The notes beneath the pieces were generated by a model. It had not been told where the DNA came from, did not search any database, and was given only the letters and a program-made list of their open reading frames with translations. A DNA stretch of 64,000 nt from Camelus dromedarius (taxonomy: Eukaryota), in assembly GCF_036321535.1 (NCBI RefSeq), contig NC_087437.1:76510001-76574000 (forward strand), written 5' to 3'. The translations under genes were made by a program, and so were the position numbers. Below, one piece after another: positions 51,771 to 64,000 of this stretch. Each line of letters opens with the position of its first letter. The first letter of the stretch is position 1.

Positions 51771-54324
51771 AGATGTGACATTTCAAGCCTGACTTCAGGG
51801 CACATTTGGGAGGAGAGCGGTCAGTCTCATTTGGGTTACAAGTGTATAAACTGAATTTTAAATGTATACATGTATCTTCTGTAATCTATAGGGTATGTTT
51901 TATCATTCTCCATTTTTGTTTATCTTTATAAAGTACTTATTTAATCTCTCCCAGATGTTATGACACATAATTATCTGAATTGAGGGAATTTTTTGTGATA
52001 ATTGCCGTCAGGATTCTGTGCCTAGAGGGTAGACTGGGTGAATAGGCATTTTTATAGAATGGTTCCAGAAAAACTTTTATTTCTGTTGACATGAGTTTGA
52101 CATAATATGCCTACAAGTTATCATCATTTGCAGGTTAATAAGATAATTTATAAGCTTCTTATCAATTTTGTCAAGTTGTAACTCCTTATCCAACTAATGA
52201 GGGATTGTTAGCACATAAATAACATTCCCAGAGTGTGTCTTGCCCATTTTAGTAAGTCAAATGCTTATTCAATTGGTGATAAAAGCAAGATCTAAAATCA
52301 AGAGCACTTCATGTCCTTCTTCAGTTGAAGGTAAAGTAAATTAAGGTTCTGTATAATTTGTTGGATTTTTAAAAGCTTTTTGCACTTTTCCTAAAAATGC
52401 CTTGGGGCATTAACAATAAAATTAATTTAAGCATCTGCATCTCCTTAACTGCAATAATGATATATTCAAAAGGAAATTAGGAGCATGCAAATGAAGATGC
52501 CTGCTTACCCTTCAAATATTGAAGAGCGCATTAAAGATATATACTTATTTTATTAAGGACGGGTGAAAATCTTTCTTGTGTCCTCTTTTTGTCGTCTCTT
52601 CATTTCTCTTGGTAAAGGAGTCAAGGAGACTAATATTTGTCAGTGGTGATACAGAAGCTAAGACTTAGGGGCTCCTCTTGGAAGACGGATGCCCAAGTCT
52701 TTCCTTCTGTCTGTTCACTGCCAGATCCCTTCCGCCCTCAGAGTGTGCAGGAGGATGACTTTGCAAGCCTGCATTCGCACACACACACCAGTATCCTCAC
52801 CCATGTGCGCACTGCCAGGGTGCTGTATGCATCCATCATTTTATACAGTGGTCTGAATTTTCAGTAGGCTGCTAGAGGGTCCTTCACATTTATGCTTTAC
52901 TTATTAAAAGAAATGTCTAAAATATAGGGAGGGAGAGTAGAAGCCTCTGGTGCAACTCGTGGGGAATAAAAAGAGCTTTGAAATTTCTCTGTAACTGGTT
53001 TATCTTGCACTGTGACCCCCTTTGTTCTATGGGGTAAAAACTTAAACTTGACAAGTTAATATAATTAAGCCTCTTCTTCAATTTAATATAAAACAGTGTC
53101 TTTTAGATAAATATTCCATCTATTCAAAGTTCAAATGCATCATCAGTGCTGTTTCTTTTCTTTCTAGTGGGACTGTCTACCTCTCTCCCTTTCCAGGAAG
53201 GCACGTTGGTGCAGGGGGAGACTGTGTTCTCACAATGGCGTGTGGGGATGGGAGGAGGCTTTGGGCCAGCCACTCGTCTGGGTCAAGGTGTCTTGTCCTG
53301 CTTATTTGTGGGCAGAGACCGCTGCCCTGCTACCTCTGTCACGGACGAGTCTGTTACTGTTCTCTCAGCACCAGCAGTGCAGTGGGCTTTAAATAGTTGA
53401 GCTACTCCTGATCATTTCTTTCTTCCCTACATCTGCTTTTCTGATGCTCTGGTTCCCTGAGGTTTGGCTGTGACTCGCATTTAACCCTAGCTTTACAGTT
53501 GGCCCTTCTGCTCCTTTCCTCAGGATCACTTCAGCGTTCACTGTGCTACCCACAGGTGAACCCACCAGCCAGCAACATCAGGTACTCCCTCTGGGGCTGA
53601 GGAAGCTTCTGGATTACTTACATGTCACACCGAGGCCCTGGAGAATGTGGAGTGCTGACTCAGACCCTCTCTCTTTCAGCTATTTATTTCACCATAGTTA
53701 CCCCAGATTGGCAAGGCTGATTGGAGGGGCTGCCTCCCAGAGTTCCAGACAGCACTTGGCTTCCCCTTTAATTAATCTGGAGTAACCAATCTGCCCCTCT
53801 TGACCTGGTGCCGAATTCAGATCTGTAGTTCTTTGTAACCTCCCCTTCCCACTGCTCTTTTTCCTTATGAGGAAGGAGCCTTTCATACGTGGGAAATATA
53901 AAGAGGAAAAAGTAGGTGATTAATTCCCTATAGTCTTGAGTCAAATGCTTGTCTCAATCCTAGCTGTCTAGTGCTTGCTGTGTGCTGTGACATCGAGTCC
54001 CTTGACTCGTGCAAGTGCAGATGTACAGCCAGTGGCTGTGTTAGCAGGTACTTGGTAAGGAGAGGAGAAGCAACACAGGGCATGGGAGGAGGATCTGTCA
54101 CAAAAATCTTTGTCAATAACTTGGTAGTGTCAGTGATCAGGGATGCAGCACAGGTGTCATTGGGGGGTATGGATTTGCTTTCACTCACTCTGTTCATCTC
54201 CTTGGCTGAGACATGAAACTGGCTCCATGATTTTTGTTTGCTTCTTGCCTTTTACCACCCTTAGTAAGAAAAGAATAGGAACTGACAGATAATTTTATTT
54301 CCACAATATACTTATTATAACAAC

Positions 54325-54717
54325 AGTATTAGTTTGCTTGGGCTACCATAACAAAATACCACAGACTGGATGGCTTAAATAACAGAATTTCGTTTTCCCA
54401 GTTCTGAAGGGTGGAAGTTCAAGAGCAAGGTGTCCACAGGCTTGGTATCTTCTAAGTCCTCTCTCCTTGGCTAGCAGATGGCCTCCTGCCTGTGTCTTCA
54501 CTGGTCCTTCCTCTGTGTGTAGCATCCACACAGTGTCTCTTCCTCTTCTTATTAAGGGCACTAGCCATATTGGACTAGGGCCCTGCCTTACTGGCCTCAT
54601 TTTAAATTAATTGCCTCTTTAAAAACCTTATCTCTAAATACAGTTAAATTCTGAAGTTAATAGCAGTTAGGACTTTAGCATTTGAATTTTGGGCTGGAAA
54701 CAATTCAGCCCATAAGA
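54325..54717 (-). mobile_element. MLT1B-like MaLR solo LTR
   Basis: gtattagtttgcttgggctaccataacaaaataccacagactgg...acaattcagcccataa. Confidence 0.9.
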
Positions 54718-54914
54718 GCAACTGTTGTAGGGAAATCAAAGTATTTTAAAATCATAATCATTCCAGAAACAAATGTTAATACCATTGTTGCTTTTCAGAC
54801 TATAATGTACAGGAACAGGGAATGGTTTATCAGGGTTCCAAAGCTCAGGAAAGAAAGTGAGGACTTTATTCAGTCCTCTTAGAATGAATGGGATATATGC
54901 TTTTGCATTACTTA

Positions 54915-56220
54915 CTTTATTCTTTTAATTACATAAATAATATCTTAAAGCGTGCTTAGTGAGGAAATTTCAAACTGTACAGAAAAATGTAAAGAGTTGT
55001 TGCCTACTTTATATTTAGTCTCCCTTTTCCCCAGAAGTCAAATACTGTTAATGTTTTAATATCTATTTGTCTATAAAAATAATATGTATATACCGATATA
55101 ATGTACATATTTTTAAATTTTGATTTTGTTTTCACAAAGTGGGATAATATTATGTATATTATTGTCTGGCTGACTTTTTTCACTTAACATGATGACTTGG
55201 AGTTCTTTCTGGTTAGTATAAGGGGAGATTTCTCTACCTTGACATACCCATTTGGGACTGGGTAATTTCTTTGTTTGGGGAAAGATGTCCTGTGCATTGT
55301 AGAATGTCTAGCACCATCCCGGAGCTCTACTCACTGGATGCTAGTAGCACCCTGCACTGCATTTGTGCTAACCAAAAATGTCCTCAGACATTCATTGCCA
55401 GAATTGTTCCCAGCTTGAAAACCACTAATATAAAGTGATTTCTGTCATTTTAAAAAACTACTGCACAGTATCCAGAGTATGGGTTATGCCGTAGTTTATT
55501 TACCTCTCCTATTGATGGACATTTGAATATTTCCATTTTATTACCATTAGGAGCAACACTGCACTGACCATCCTCATGTGTGACTCTGTTGCATGTACTA
55601 ACATCACTTTAGATGAAAATACCTGGAAATTAATTACTGGGTCAAGGAAGATGCACATTTTATATTTTGATAGAGGCTATCAAGTTATCCTTCAAAAGCT
55701 TTATGTAACTTACATTTCCAAAAGCGAGTGTTCATTTCTTTACAACCTTGCCAACACTGAATAGTATTAAACATTCTAGTTTTCACTAGTTAATATGACT
55801 AAAAATTTGTTATATTTCTCTAATGAATAAAAGTTGAGCATCTCTGCACTTTCTTTCTATTTCTGTGATCTATTCATATTCCTTACCCCATACCATATTT
55901 ATGAGTGATTTGATTTGCAGGAGTTCTTCATATGTATTGACACCAAATCCTTCTACTGCTACATGCATTACAGATAGTTTCTCCTAATCTGTTATTTGTT
56001 TGCTGACTGTTTTAACACAGCCTTTTATGATCATACATTTAAATTTTTATATGGTTAAACATTTGCATTTGATTTTGGAAAGCTTTCCAAACCTCTGTTG
56101 CATAATACTTTATATTTTTATTCTTCTTTATGTATTTTTATCTTGCTTCACACTTTGCCATTTAAATCTTTAATCATCTCTAATCCATTTTTTGTAAATG
56201 TTTTTATACAGGGGTATTTT
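54915..56220 (-). mobile_element. Ancient L1ME-like 3' end
   Basis: ctttttttcacttaac; cctattgatggacatttg; attactgggtcaagg; caaccttgccaacactg. Confidence 0.75.
55224..55427. mobile_element. MER20 MITE nested in L1ME
   Basis: tgtcctgtgcattgtagaatgtctagcaccatccc...ggatgctagtagcacc...aaccaaaaatgtcctcagacatt...ttgaaaaccact. Confidence 0.85.
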
Positions 56221-57059
56221 CATTATTTTTGACTCAAGCATTTGCATAGACAAGTTTGAAGCTGTGAATCTGCATATAGGTTGTTCTGTCTAATACAAAT
56301 GTGATGATAGAGCACAAATAAAATTTGCACTTCTTTCTATGTTAAACTTATTTAAAGATCTCCTGTTCCTCTTTTATCGAGAGAATTCGTGACACTTAGA
56401 GCAGGTGCATTCTGACAGTTGTTACCATTGCCTTCACCATTCCTGTTCACCACTTGGCTACAAGTGGATGGAACAGAGCAAGCCTTGAGTGGGGAGCAGA
56501 AGAGCAAGATTCTGACGATTCATAGCTGGTGGCCCCTTTTCAGGGAGCAGGATCATCATCCACATGGGGCCTTTGAATTCCTTCTTCACTTAGCCCTGGG
56601 CCAGCCCCACTTTGAAATGTATATCATGCAAGACATAGGTCTCTTCTCATTCCCTGGGTTGGTTAGTCTGGCTGACTTCCAAAGATGCAGGACCACCACA
56701 TAATGGAGAACATACTGTTCTTGGGTTGCACACCAAGAGGATGACCAGTTGAGGGCCTGGGAGGGCATTCGAAGCAGAGATTTAAAAAGGGCTCCTGAAA
56801 AGAAGCAGCTCAGAGCTGAAGCTTTAGCAGAACCGAAACAAATCAGTGGATTCCTTACATCTTATTACCAATTCTGCCCTCACACTGGATGAGTTCAAAC
56901 TCTTTCATATTCACTGTGGATTAATTAAACTTTGTACTTGGGAAGGAGAACAATGAATGGAATGAAAAGAGTCTGAAGGAATATAACAGTCGTGAGACTG
57001 TACATGAAAAAGGACAAAATAAAAATGTAAGTGGGTGGTGACCTCTGTTTCCTCCTCTC

Positions 57060-57465
57060 TGACCCCATTTCCTACCATCCCCTACACCTTCTCACTCAGC
57101 TCCAGCTACCAGTGCCTCCTTGAAGCTCCATGAACACACCAAAGTGTGCCACTTTTGATGGGGCGCACTTCCCCCCCGTATTCCCGGCCCACTCACTCAC
57201 TTTCTTCAGTCTCGGCTCATAGGGAGCCTGTTAGAGAGACCTCTGAGCATGGCCTATAAAATGACACCTCTCTGGTCACCTGGCCTGGTTTGTCTTCTCT
57301 GTAGCACGTCATGCCTTCGGCTGGGCTGTATACTTACGGACAATGCGCTTGTTCACTTATGCACTTAGATTGCTGTCTGCTTCCCCCACTGGAATGTAAA
57401 CTCCGTATCTTCAATGCCTTGAACAGCACCTGGTGCTCAAAGCATTTCTGTGCTGAAGGAATCAC
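57060..57465 (+). mobile_element. L2 3' relic
   Basis: ctcactcagctccagctacc...cctccttg...cttcccccactggaatgtaaactcc...gaacagcacctgg. Confidence 0.7.
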
Positions 57466-59454
57466 TAGACTGAGATTACTCAGCTAAGACATGGGGAAGG
57501 GAGGGCTTCAGGTACCATCCGCTGATTCCTGATTCCATCCTTAGGAGCTCTGAGGTATTGCATTTAAAATGAATATATCATTCTGGGATGAGGTAAAATA
57601 CTTTTAGTGTAAATTTTGTATGTACCTTGTACTGTGCATCCATTTGGTGGCAGTTTAAAGGGCATGCTAAACTTGCTGAAATAAATGCTGTTGTCAGTAA
57701 CTCTAGAGTTCTGTGAGATCAGAAGGTGGAAAGTAGGGGAGGCAGTGTTACTGTGACAGAGTCCCACTGGCCCGTGGCTAGCCTGCAGCTCTCTAGAGAG
57801 GCCATCCGTGCAGATCTTTCTGTTTCAGGCTCATTGCAGTAAGGTGCGCTTTTAGTCAGAGATTTATTCTTTTGTGAATAATGGAATCAATAAAAGATTA
57901 GCAGGTTGTTCCTTGAAAACTAAGAAATCAGCCAACTGAGTGCATATTTAGGTAAAGATAATATGTTTTCTTCTGTAGTACCTGTTTCCCAATAATTATG
58001 AGTATTGTCTCTTCACCTTCACATACTGTTAGGTGAAAAATAGGATCAACTGTGCAGTTTTAATGAGCATTGTATATTGCAGAGGGTCAAATAAAACCTG
58101 TGTCCTGCTTTCCTGTTTTGTATATTTTGATACAATGTTTGAATCTTTATAATATAAAGTGAGAAAAATGAAGTAGAGAGTACTGTATTGACATCAAATT
58201 CATTTCCAAATCCTGTCTCAAATTTGATGTTCTCAGTGAGCTTATCCTGAGCCTGTCAATCAGTTCGAAGCCTTCTTACCTTAGAACAAGGAAGTACTTT
58301 GGACTTTACTGAGAATACTCACTAGTTTTGTATTCTAATAAACTATATACATGTCCCCTTTGCTCCATAAGATTGTAATTTTACAATTTATAGCTTCAGT
58401 TGGGATAGGCCTTTTAAAATTTTTAAATAAATGTTGAAAATGTCAGTTTTATAATAAGATAAGATAAAATGGGATTTTTCCATTTGGTTATATTTAAAGC
58501 ACCACAGAGTTTATTTAGAATAAAGAATATAATTTAATATTTATCAGAGAAATGAGAGACTGCCCTTTGCTTTCAAAGGATTCTGATGACAAAGCATTAA
58601 AATAAATATCCGGAATACATGGGGAAATAACAAAAAACACAAACAGCAAAATTAAATTTTTAATTCTAGTACTTAGGCATTCTGCTTTGTCTAAGAACTA
58701 TGGCACAAAAAGAGGGCAAACATACGCAGAAAGACAAATTAATAGAAATTTTCTTTTGTGTGAACAATGCAGTTACTAAAATTACCAAGCTGAATATTTA
58801 AGCTTTATGAAAAATCGAGTGTGTACAGCTTATATACACACTGGCAACATGACTGCTAGAGCTGTTGCCCCCCATAGTACCCAGTCTTACTTAATAGTAT
58901 GAAGAATAAAGTAACAGTTCACTTAGATTAATTAACAGCCTCATCTCTAATATTGAGTTGTTCACATTTTTCTTGAGATCTTTTGCCTATTTTTGAACAC
59001 TTCAATACTTGCCTTAATACTACTTATGACAGACTCATTGGCTACAGGCTTTCTTCTGCAGGGATGATATTCAAGAATAGGTTCACTGAAACTTTCTTGG
59101 AAACTTTATTCTGAGTGGGATTTGTGGTGCTATGGCCCTCTGGTTCAATCTAAATCTCATCTATTCAATAGCTTTCCTAACCTAATGAGATGCTTCTGGA
59201 GATTCATTGAGAGCCCATTCGTTGGGCGTCCTTAGATGTAACAGCATTGCTACATGTGGATCCAGAAGATACCATTCATTTGTTGATTATGAAATGAAGT
59301 GGAAATTGTTTCCAATGAATGTGATATGAAAGCCAGAGCTAGAGATGACATTGGCAGAAAACACTGCACATAAAACTGTCAGGAAAATAAAAAGTTCCTT
59401 TGGTTAAAAACAGAAAAACTTAAAAAAAAATCTTTCTAGCCAAGCTCAACTTAC

Positions 59455-59557
59455 ATGACTTACGTGGTGGTCATTTTCAAGGCAGTATTCCCCTCTTCCT
59501 CCCCCATACACAGCAACTAGGTATTTTGGACAGGCAGTAGAGCTTAAGTATTTATTT
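59455..59557 (-). ncRNA. Candidate exon of a minus-strand spliced transcript
   Basis: Minus-strand acceptor ttctttccggtaactcttttcag| at 59558/59557 and two tandem GTAAGT donors (after 59464 and 59455). Confidence 0.35.
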
Positions 59558-62500
59558 CTGAAAAGAGTTACCGGAAAGAATGGCTTAGAAACTGGAGTGA
59601 TTTTCTCTTTCTCTTCCCTATCTAAATATTCATACACTTGCTCTTTCCTCTGCCACGCACACGGTGTTGAATATCAGCCTATTACCAAGGATAATATCAG
59701 AATCGCACACTTCTTTCTGCATGTCATGCTTTTATAGGGCATTGACTCTGGAAATAATCACCAACAATTACTACCGTTAGTTACATAGTATGACAGAGAT
59801 CCTTAGACTGTTATCCTTCCATGGCATTTTCATTACAAATCCCATTAAAATGTGATTTATGGTTTCAAGTACCCGATACATTATCCAGAATCATTGTTCA
59901 AGGCTGATATTATAAACCACTCCATAGCTTTCTTTTTTATCTGTCAAACAAAACTGAGGCTCTGCTGTCCAAAATCTGTGTATACATCATAGTAAAAGAA
60001 TGCCATTGAGTCTTTAAAAAAGAAACTAAACTTTTACATGAGACTGCCTTTAATGCGGGCTCCTGCCATCCATTTATTATTGTCGGCATTGACTGGCACA
60101 GCTACGTTCTCTCAGCTTCCCCAGCCCCCTCCACCCTGCGTCTAAGTGCATCTGTAGAATGTAAATTGTTTCAGACAAGGAAGCACACCTTTTGAAGGTG
60201 CTGTTTGAGTTTATAGGATTGAATATCCATGGATGCAGAGGACTATGTGATGATGAATGTAATGAAGATGACTCTAGGTTTTCTTCCAGTCTGATTTATT
60301 GTGAGAGTCATACCACCACCAGTGCTTTTCATTTCAAAGATCCCCCAGCTTCATACCTAATTCCATAAGCTGTCTCAGGACTTCTGCCTTTGCCCTGATT
60401 AGCTGCTGTGTATGTGTGCGATGGACAACCAGGCACAGTGTCTGGAGACAGGACAGAGCTTGGCAGGCACTTACCTAGAAAAGAACTTCTCATAGTGCTG
60501 GACTTCCTCTAGCTCTTTTCAGGAGATCAGGCTCTCAGTCTGTGTAACCAATGGGCCTGTGGGGTCTCTAGGTTTCCACCTACCTCAGTTTCTACTTATT
60601 ATTGGTGGGTAATGAAGAGTCCAGCTCTTGGCCAAAAACCTCTGTATGATTTTTTTAGGCCTGACCATAGGAATGACAAAGGCTCCCAGGCAAAGCTGCT
60701 CTCCTCACACCGAGCTTGGCTCACAGCTCATGCACTGCAGTGTCTGGAGGGAATTGCAGTTGAGGACTCCAGCCCGCTTCGCTGGCCATGCTCAAGCATT
60801 TCTGCATTCCTAGCCCAGACGCCTCCATTCAGAGTCCTCTTTCCTGTGAGTCTTTGGCAGAAGCCTTTCTCAGGAACCTTTGCTGAGACCTCCTTTTCTA
60901 GGGAAGAGGGGACAACCATGAAGACACTTTTTCTCCATCTGACATAGTACTTAGTACTTTCCCATTCCTAGCCTTTTCCTCTCCCCCTCTTTCTGGCCCC
61001 CAGCCCATAAAAATCTCAGGTCTTTAATTTTGGACTCTCTTGGCAGTGAGATGATTCCCCATCTGGCCTTACCCACCTGAACCTGGCCTGGAGCTGAACC
61101 AGGGGGAAAAGTGGTACCATAAGGGAGCTGGCACTTTCTCTTATCTGACCTCTTGCTTATTAAAGGCTTGACGGTTTCATTTTGGCTTGTTATCTTAATT
61201 GACCACTTTAACACCAGGGGGCTCAGCTCAACTCAGCTCAGCCCTTGACAGTCAGTATTAGTTTCGTGTAGCATTATCTCACCTTACCCAATTTCACATC
61301 TGAATTTAAAACATCAGAATTCAAAACAGAAGTCTAACCATTGAACCATATCTTGGAGTAGTATACAGGAGGGAATTCATTACTATGGCTGATTTTTATA
61401 GGTGAAGCCATTTCTCATTGTCCTGGGTAAGACTCGCTCATGAACTGTCTTCCTTCATCTGTCTGATATGGCCTACCTTACCTGGGATGTAGACAGAAAT
61501 TTTAACCAGCAGTATCTCTAATTAAATAATAATGAGCACTTATTGAATTAATATTTTGTGGCATATACTGTGCTGGGCATATAGTGATTGAAAATCTTTC
61601 AAGTTCTGTGTAAAACACAATACATTCGGAGCAAAATGTGGGTGGGTGATGCTTAAAAGCAGAATAGTAGCACATTATGTTTGCAGGAGACCATTTTTCA
61701 CAATAGCAAGGTGCTGACTAGTTACTGGTTGATGTGGAGATGAGTAGATGGAAGACTGGGTGGCTGGCAAAATGTAAGTAACATTACTATCCTGGCCATG
61801 TAGGGTGGAGCTCAGAGCATGGTACTGATTTCACCATGTCGCTGAAATGTCAAATGGGAAACAAATCAGATTGGTCATACAAATGGAAACAATATGATAG
61901 ATATCAGAGAAGATCTTTGTGATTTGGACTACTGTTGGCATATTAATGTATGGTCAGCCTGGCTAATCCCATAGACAGACTCTAGCCCTAAAGCATCCAC
62001 CTCAGCCCTTGTGTGTACAGCCTGCAGAGGCTGGTAGGCAAGGCAGTGAGGTGGCTGACTACCTATTGCTCTGGTGAAAACTGGCTTATAAGCTGGGCCA
62101 GGAGGAGGGCATTAATCACTCTAGTTGTACAGACTAGTAAGGGGAATAGAAATTTGAGCAAGTATTGAGAGATCACTTACGACTGGCCCATCTATTGAGT
62201 GAAAAGGTTATTATGGACCTCAAATATATTGAAATATAAGGACTTCTGCTTCTTGTTTTGAGGTAGAGTTGAGAAAGTCCATTGCTCACACTGTAGATTG
62301 AGAACAATCCAATAAACTCAAAATAACAAAGAGGTAAAGAACCATAAATGAATGAAAGTCTAGAGAGGGATCATGATCCTTCCTAGCAGAGGAGGACCCA
62401 TGACTGCTTTCTTCTCTGAGGGAACAGCAGAAAGAGGCACTAACTCACCTCAAACTGGATAAGAAGAAACCAGATGAACTTTTAATAAACGTTTGACAAT

Positions 62501-63034
62501 GAATGTTGATTGGTTTTTTGGATTAGACCCCAAGGAGCCCTCGTCTGAGAGCAAGGCCACGTCTGCCTTCCTATTCTTGCCGTTTAAAGTTCAGAGGCAG
62601 CATGCTGAAGGCTAGGGGCAGGGCAGGAGAGCTGAGAAATTCCCCTGAGGCACACAGTTTCTTTGTAGCACTAAGAGCAAATACATGCCACTCACAGAGT
62701 GCTAAAGGCTGGAGGCAGGGCGGCAGAGCTAAGAGAAATTCCTTTGGCATACCAGGACTGTACTGCTTGCAAAGCAATGACACCCTGAAGGCTAAGGGAA
62801 GGATGGTAGGCTGGAGAAAGATTTTCTTGGTTTGGGACGGGAGAGCAAAGGGACTCCGCAGATGTCTTAAAAGCTGATGGACAGACTATAAAGCATAGAG
62901 AGACCTTTGAAGCATTGTTTGAGTTCAGATCACAATTCCTGATCTTGCCATTGAAATATTTGAAACTACTGGTAACTAGAATTGAAGTAAAGCTGCAACA
63001 AATTCAAACTTAACTACAAATTAGATCAGCTCAG

Positions 63035-63205
63035 CCTGGAACTGGTACAGCATCGCTTGTGTTGCATTCTGTTGGTCAAAGCCAGTTAGCAAGACCAGTA
63101 CATACTCCAGGGTAAAACAAATAATCTCCATCTCAATGTGAAGATTAACATCATGTACAGAGAGGATAGAAATTGTTGGGACCCATATTTGTAGACTAGT
63201 TATGA
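63035..63205 (-). mobile_element. MLT1 LTR fragment
   Basis: ggaactggtacagcatcgctt...gcattctgttggtcaaagc...ctccatctcaatg. Confidence 0.6.
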
Positions 63206-63209
63206 TAGT

Positions 63210-64000
63210 GAGCGATACTTCTATAAATAGTCCATTGTTTTAAGAATGAACCAAACATTTTAAGAATAAACCAAACATTTTAAGAATAAACCAGGAGAAA
63301 TTAGAAAATATTTCAAATTGAATGATAATAAAAATGCAACCTGTCAAAATTTGTGGAATGCAATATCATATTACATTACTTACAGGAAAATTTGTAGTGT
63401 TATAAATGCTTATATTAGACAAGACAAAAGCTTTAAAATTAATTATCTAAGTTTTCTGCTTAAGCAAGTAGAAAAACAAGAGCAAGTTAAATCCAAAATA
63501 AGAAGAACGTAATTAACAAAGTGCAAAACCCAATAAATTATAAAATGGACAAACAATAGAGAAAATTAACAAAGAAACCAAAGCCAAAAGTTAAAGATTA
63601 AGGAAATTGATAAAAACCCTAACAAGACAGCTCAAAAGAAAAAAAGGAGGAAACCCCTGACAAATGATCAATACCAAGAATTGAAAATGGGACACCACTA
63701 AAAGGATATAAAGGGATATGATAAACAACTTTCTGCCGATAAATTTGACCATTTAGATAAAACAAATAAATACCTTGATAGACACATATTGCCAAAACTG
63801 ATGCAAGAAGAAACAATATCTGAATAGCTTTATATCAGTGAAAGAAATTGAATCACTGGCAAACTTCACTGATGAATCCTATCAAATATCTAAGGAAAAG
63901 AACTCTTACTGATCTTACACAAACATTTTCAAAATACAGAGGAAGAGAAAACACTTCTAACTAGAGTTTTGAGCATATCCCCGATACTGAAACCTGAGAA
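63210..64000 (+). mobile_element. Degraded L1 ORF2 relic (post-endonuclease region), runs off the window end
   Basis: ORF track NDNKNATCQNLWNA...RKIC...NAYIR resembles L1 ORF2p TTYQNLWD...GKFIALNAYI; multiple stops and frameshifts. Confidence 0.85.
63238..63293. repeat. Tandem repeat, 20-bp unit x2.8
   Basis: ttttaagaatRaaccaaaca repeated. Confidence 0.9.

Noticed and set aside
62300..63030. Possible old L1 5' region upstream of the ORF2 relic
   Set aside because: Only a vague resemblance and boundaries are not definable without an HMM search
63238..63293. Short direct repeats (also 50116-50156 and 1871-1998) considered as CRISPR-like arrays
   Set aside because: The units are head-to-tail without unique spacers, there are no cas genes, and the context is mammalian
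63318..63512. L1 ORF2-like ORF as a functional gene
   Set aside because: It is a short fragment of a heavily decayed L1 with stops and frameshifts

Overview
This is AT-rich, CpG-depleted mammalian genomic DNA, most likely camelid, inferred from four tRNA-derived SINEs resembling Vic-1 and young artiodactyl-type L1 3' ends. It is not prokaryotic: I found no operons, CRISPR arrays, rRNA genes or true tRNA genes. The first ~5.2 kb appear to hold the 3' end of a + strand gene that I could not identify: two ~47-nt candidate exons, the first with a GC donor, and a terminal exon with an AU-rich 3'UTR-like tail. The rest looks intergenic and is dominated by old transposon relics (MIR, L2, L3/CR1, L1M, MaLR/ERVL/ERV1 LTRs, hAT MITEs). 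A cluster of strong minus-strand splice signals at 58-61.5 kb suggests a spliced, probably non-coding, transcript. The most unusual object is a ~0.9 kb TSD-flanked L1 derivative (13947-14860) in which an L1 5'UTR is fused directly to an L1 3'UTR. It carries the window's longest ORF on its antisense strand and sits inside a multi-layer nested TE cluster at 11.5-18.4 kb. Repeat family names are recognised by eye from remembered consensus sequences, and boundaries are approximate. I found no convincing novel multi-gene system.
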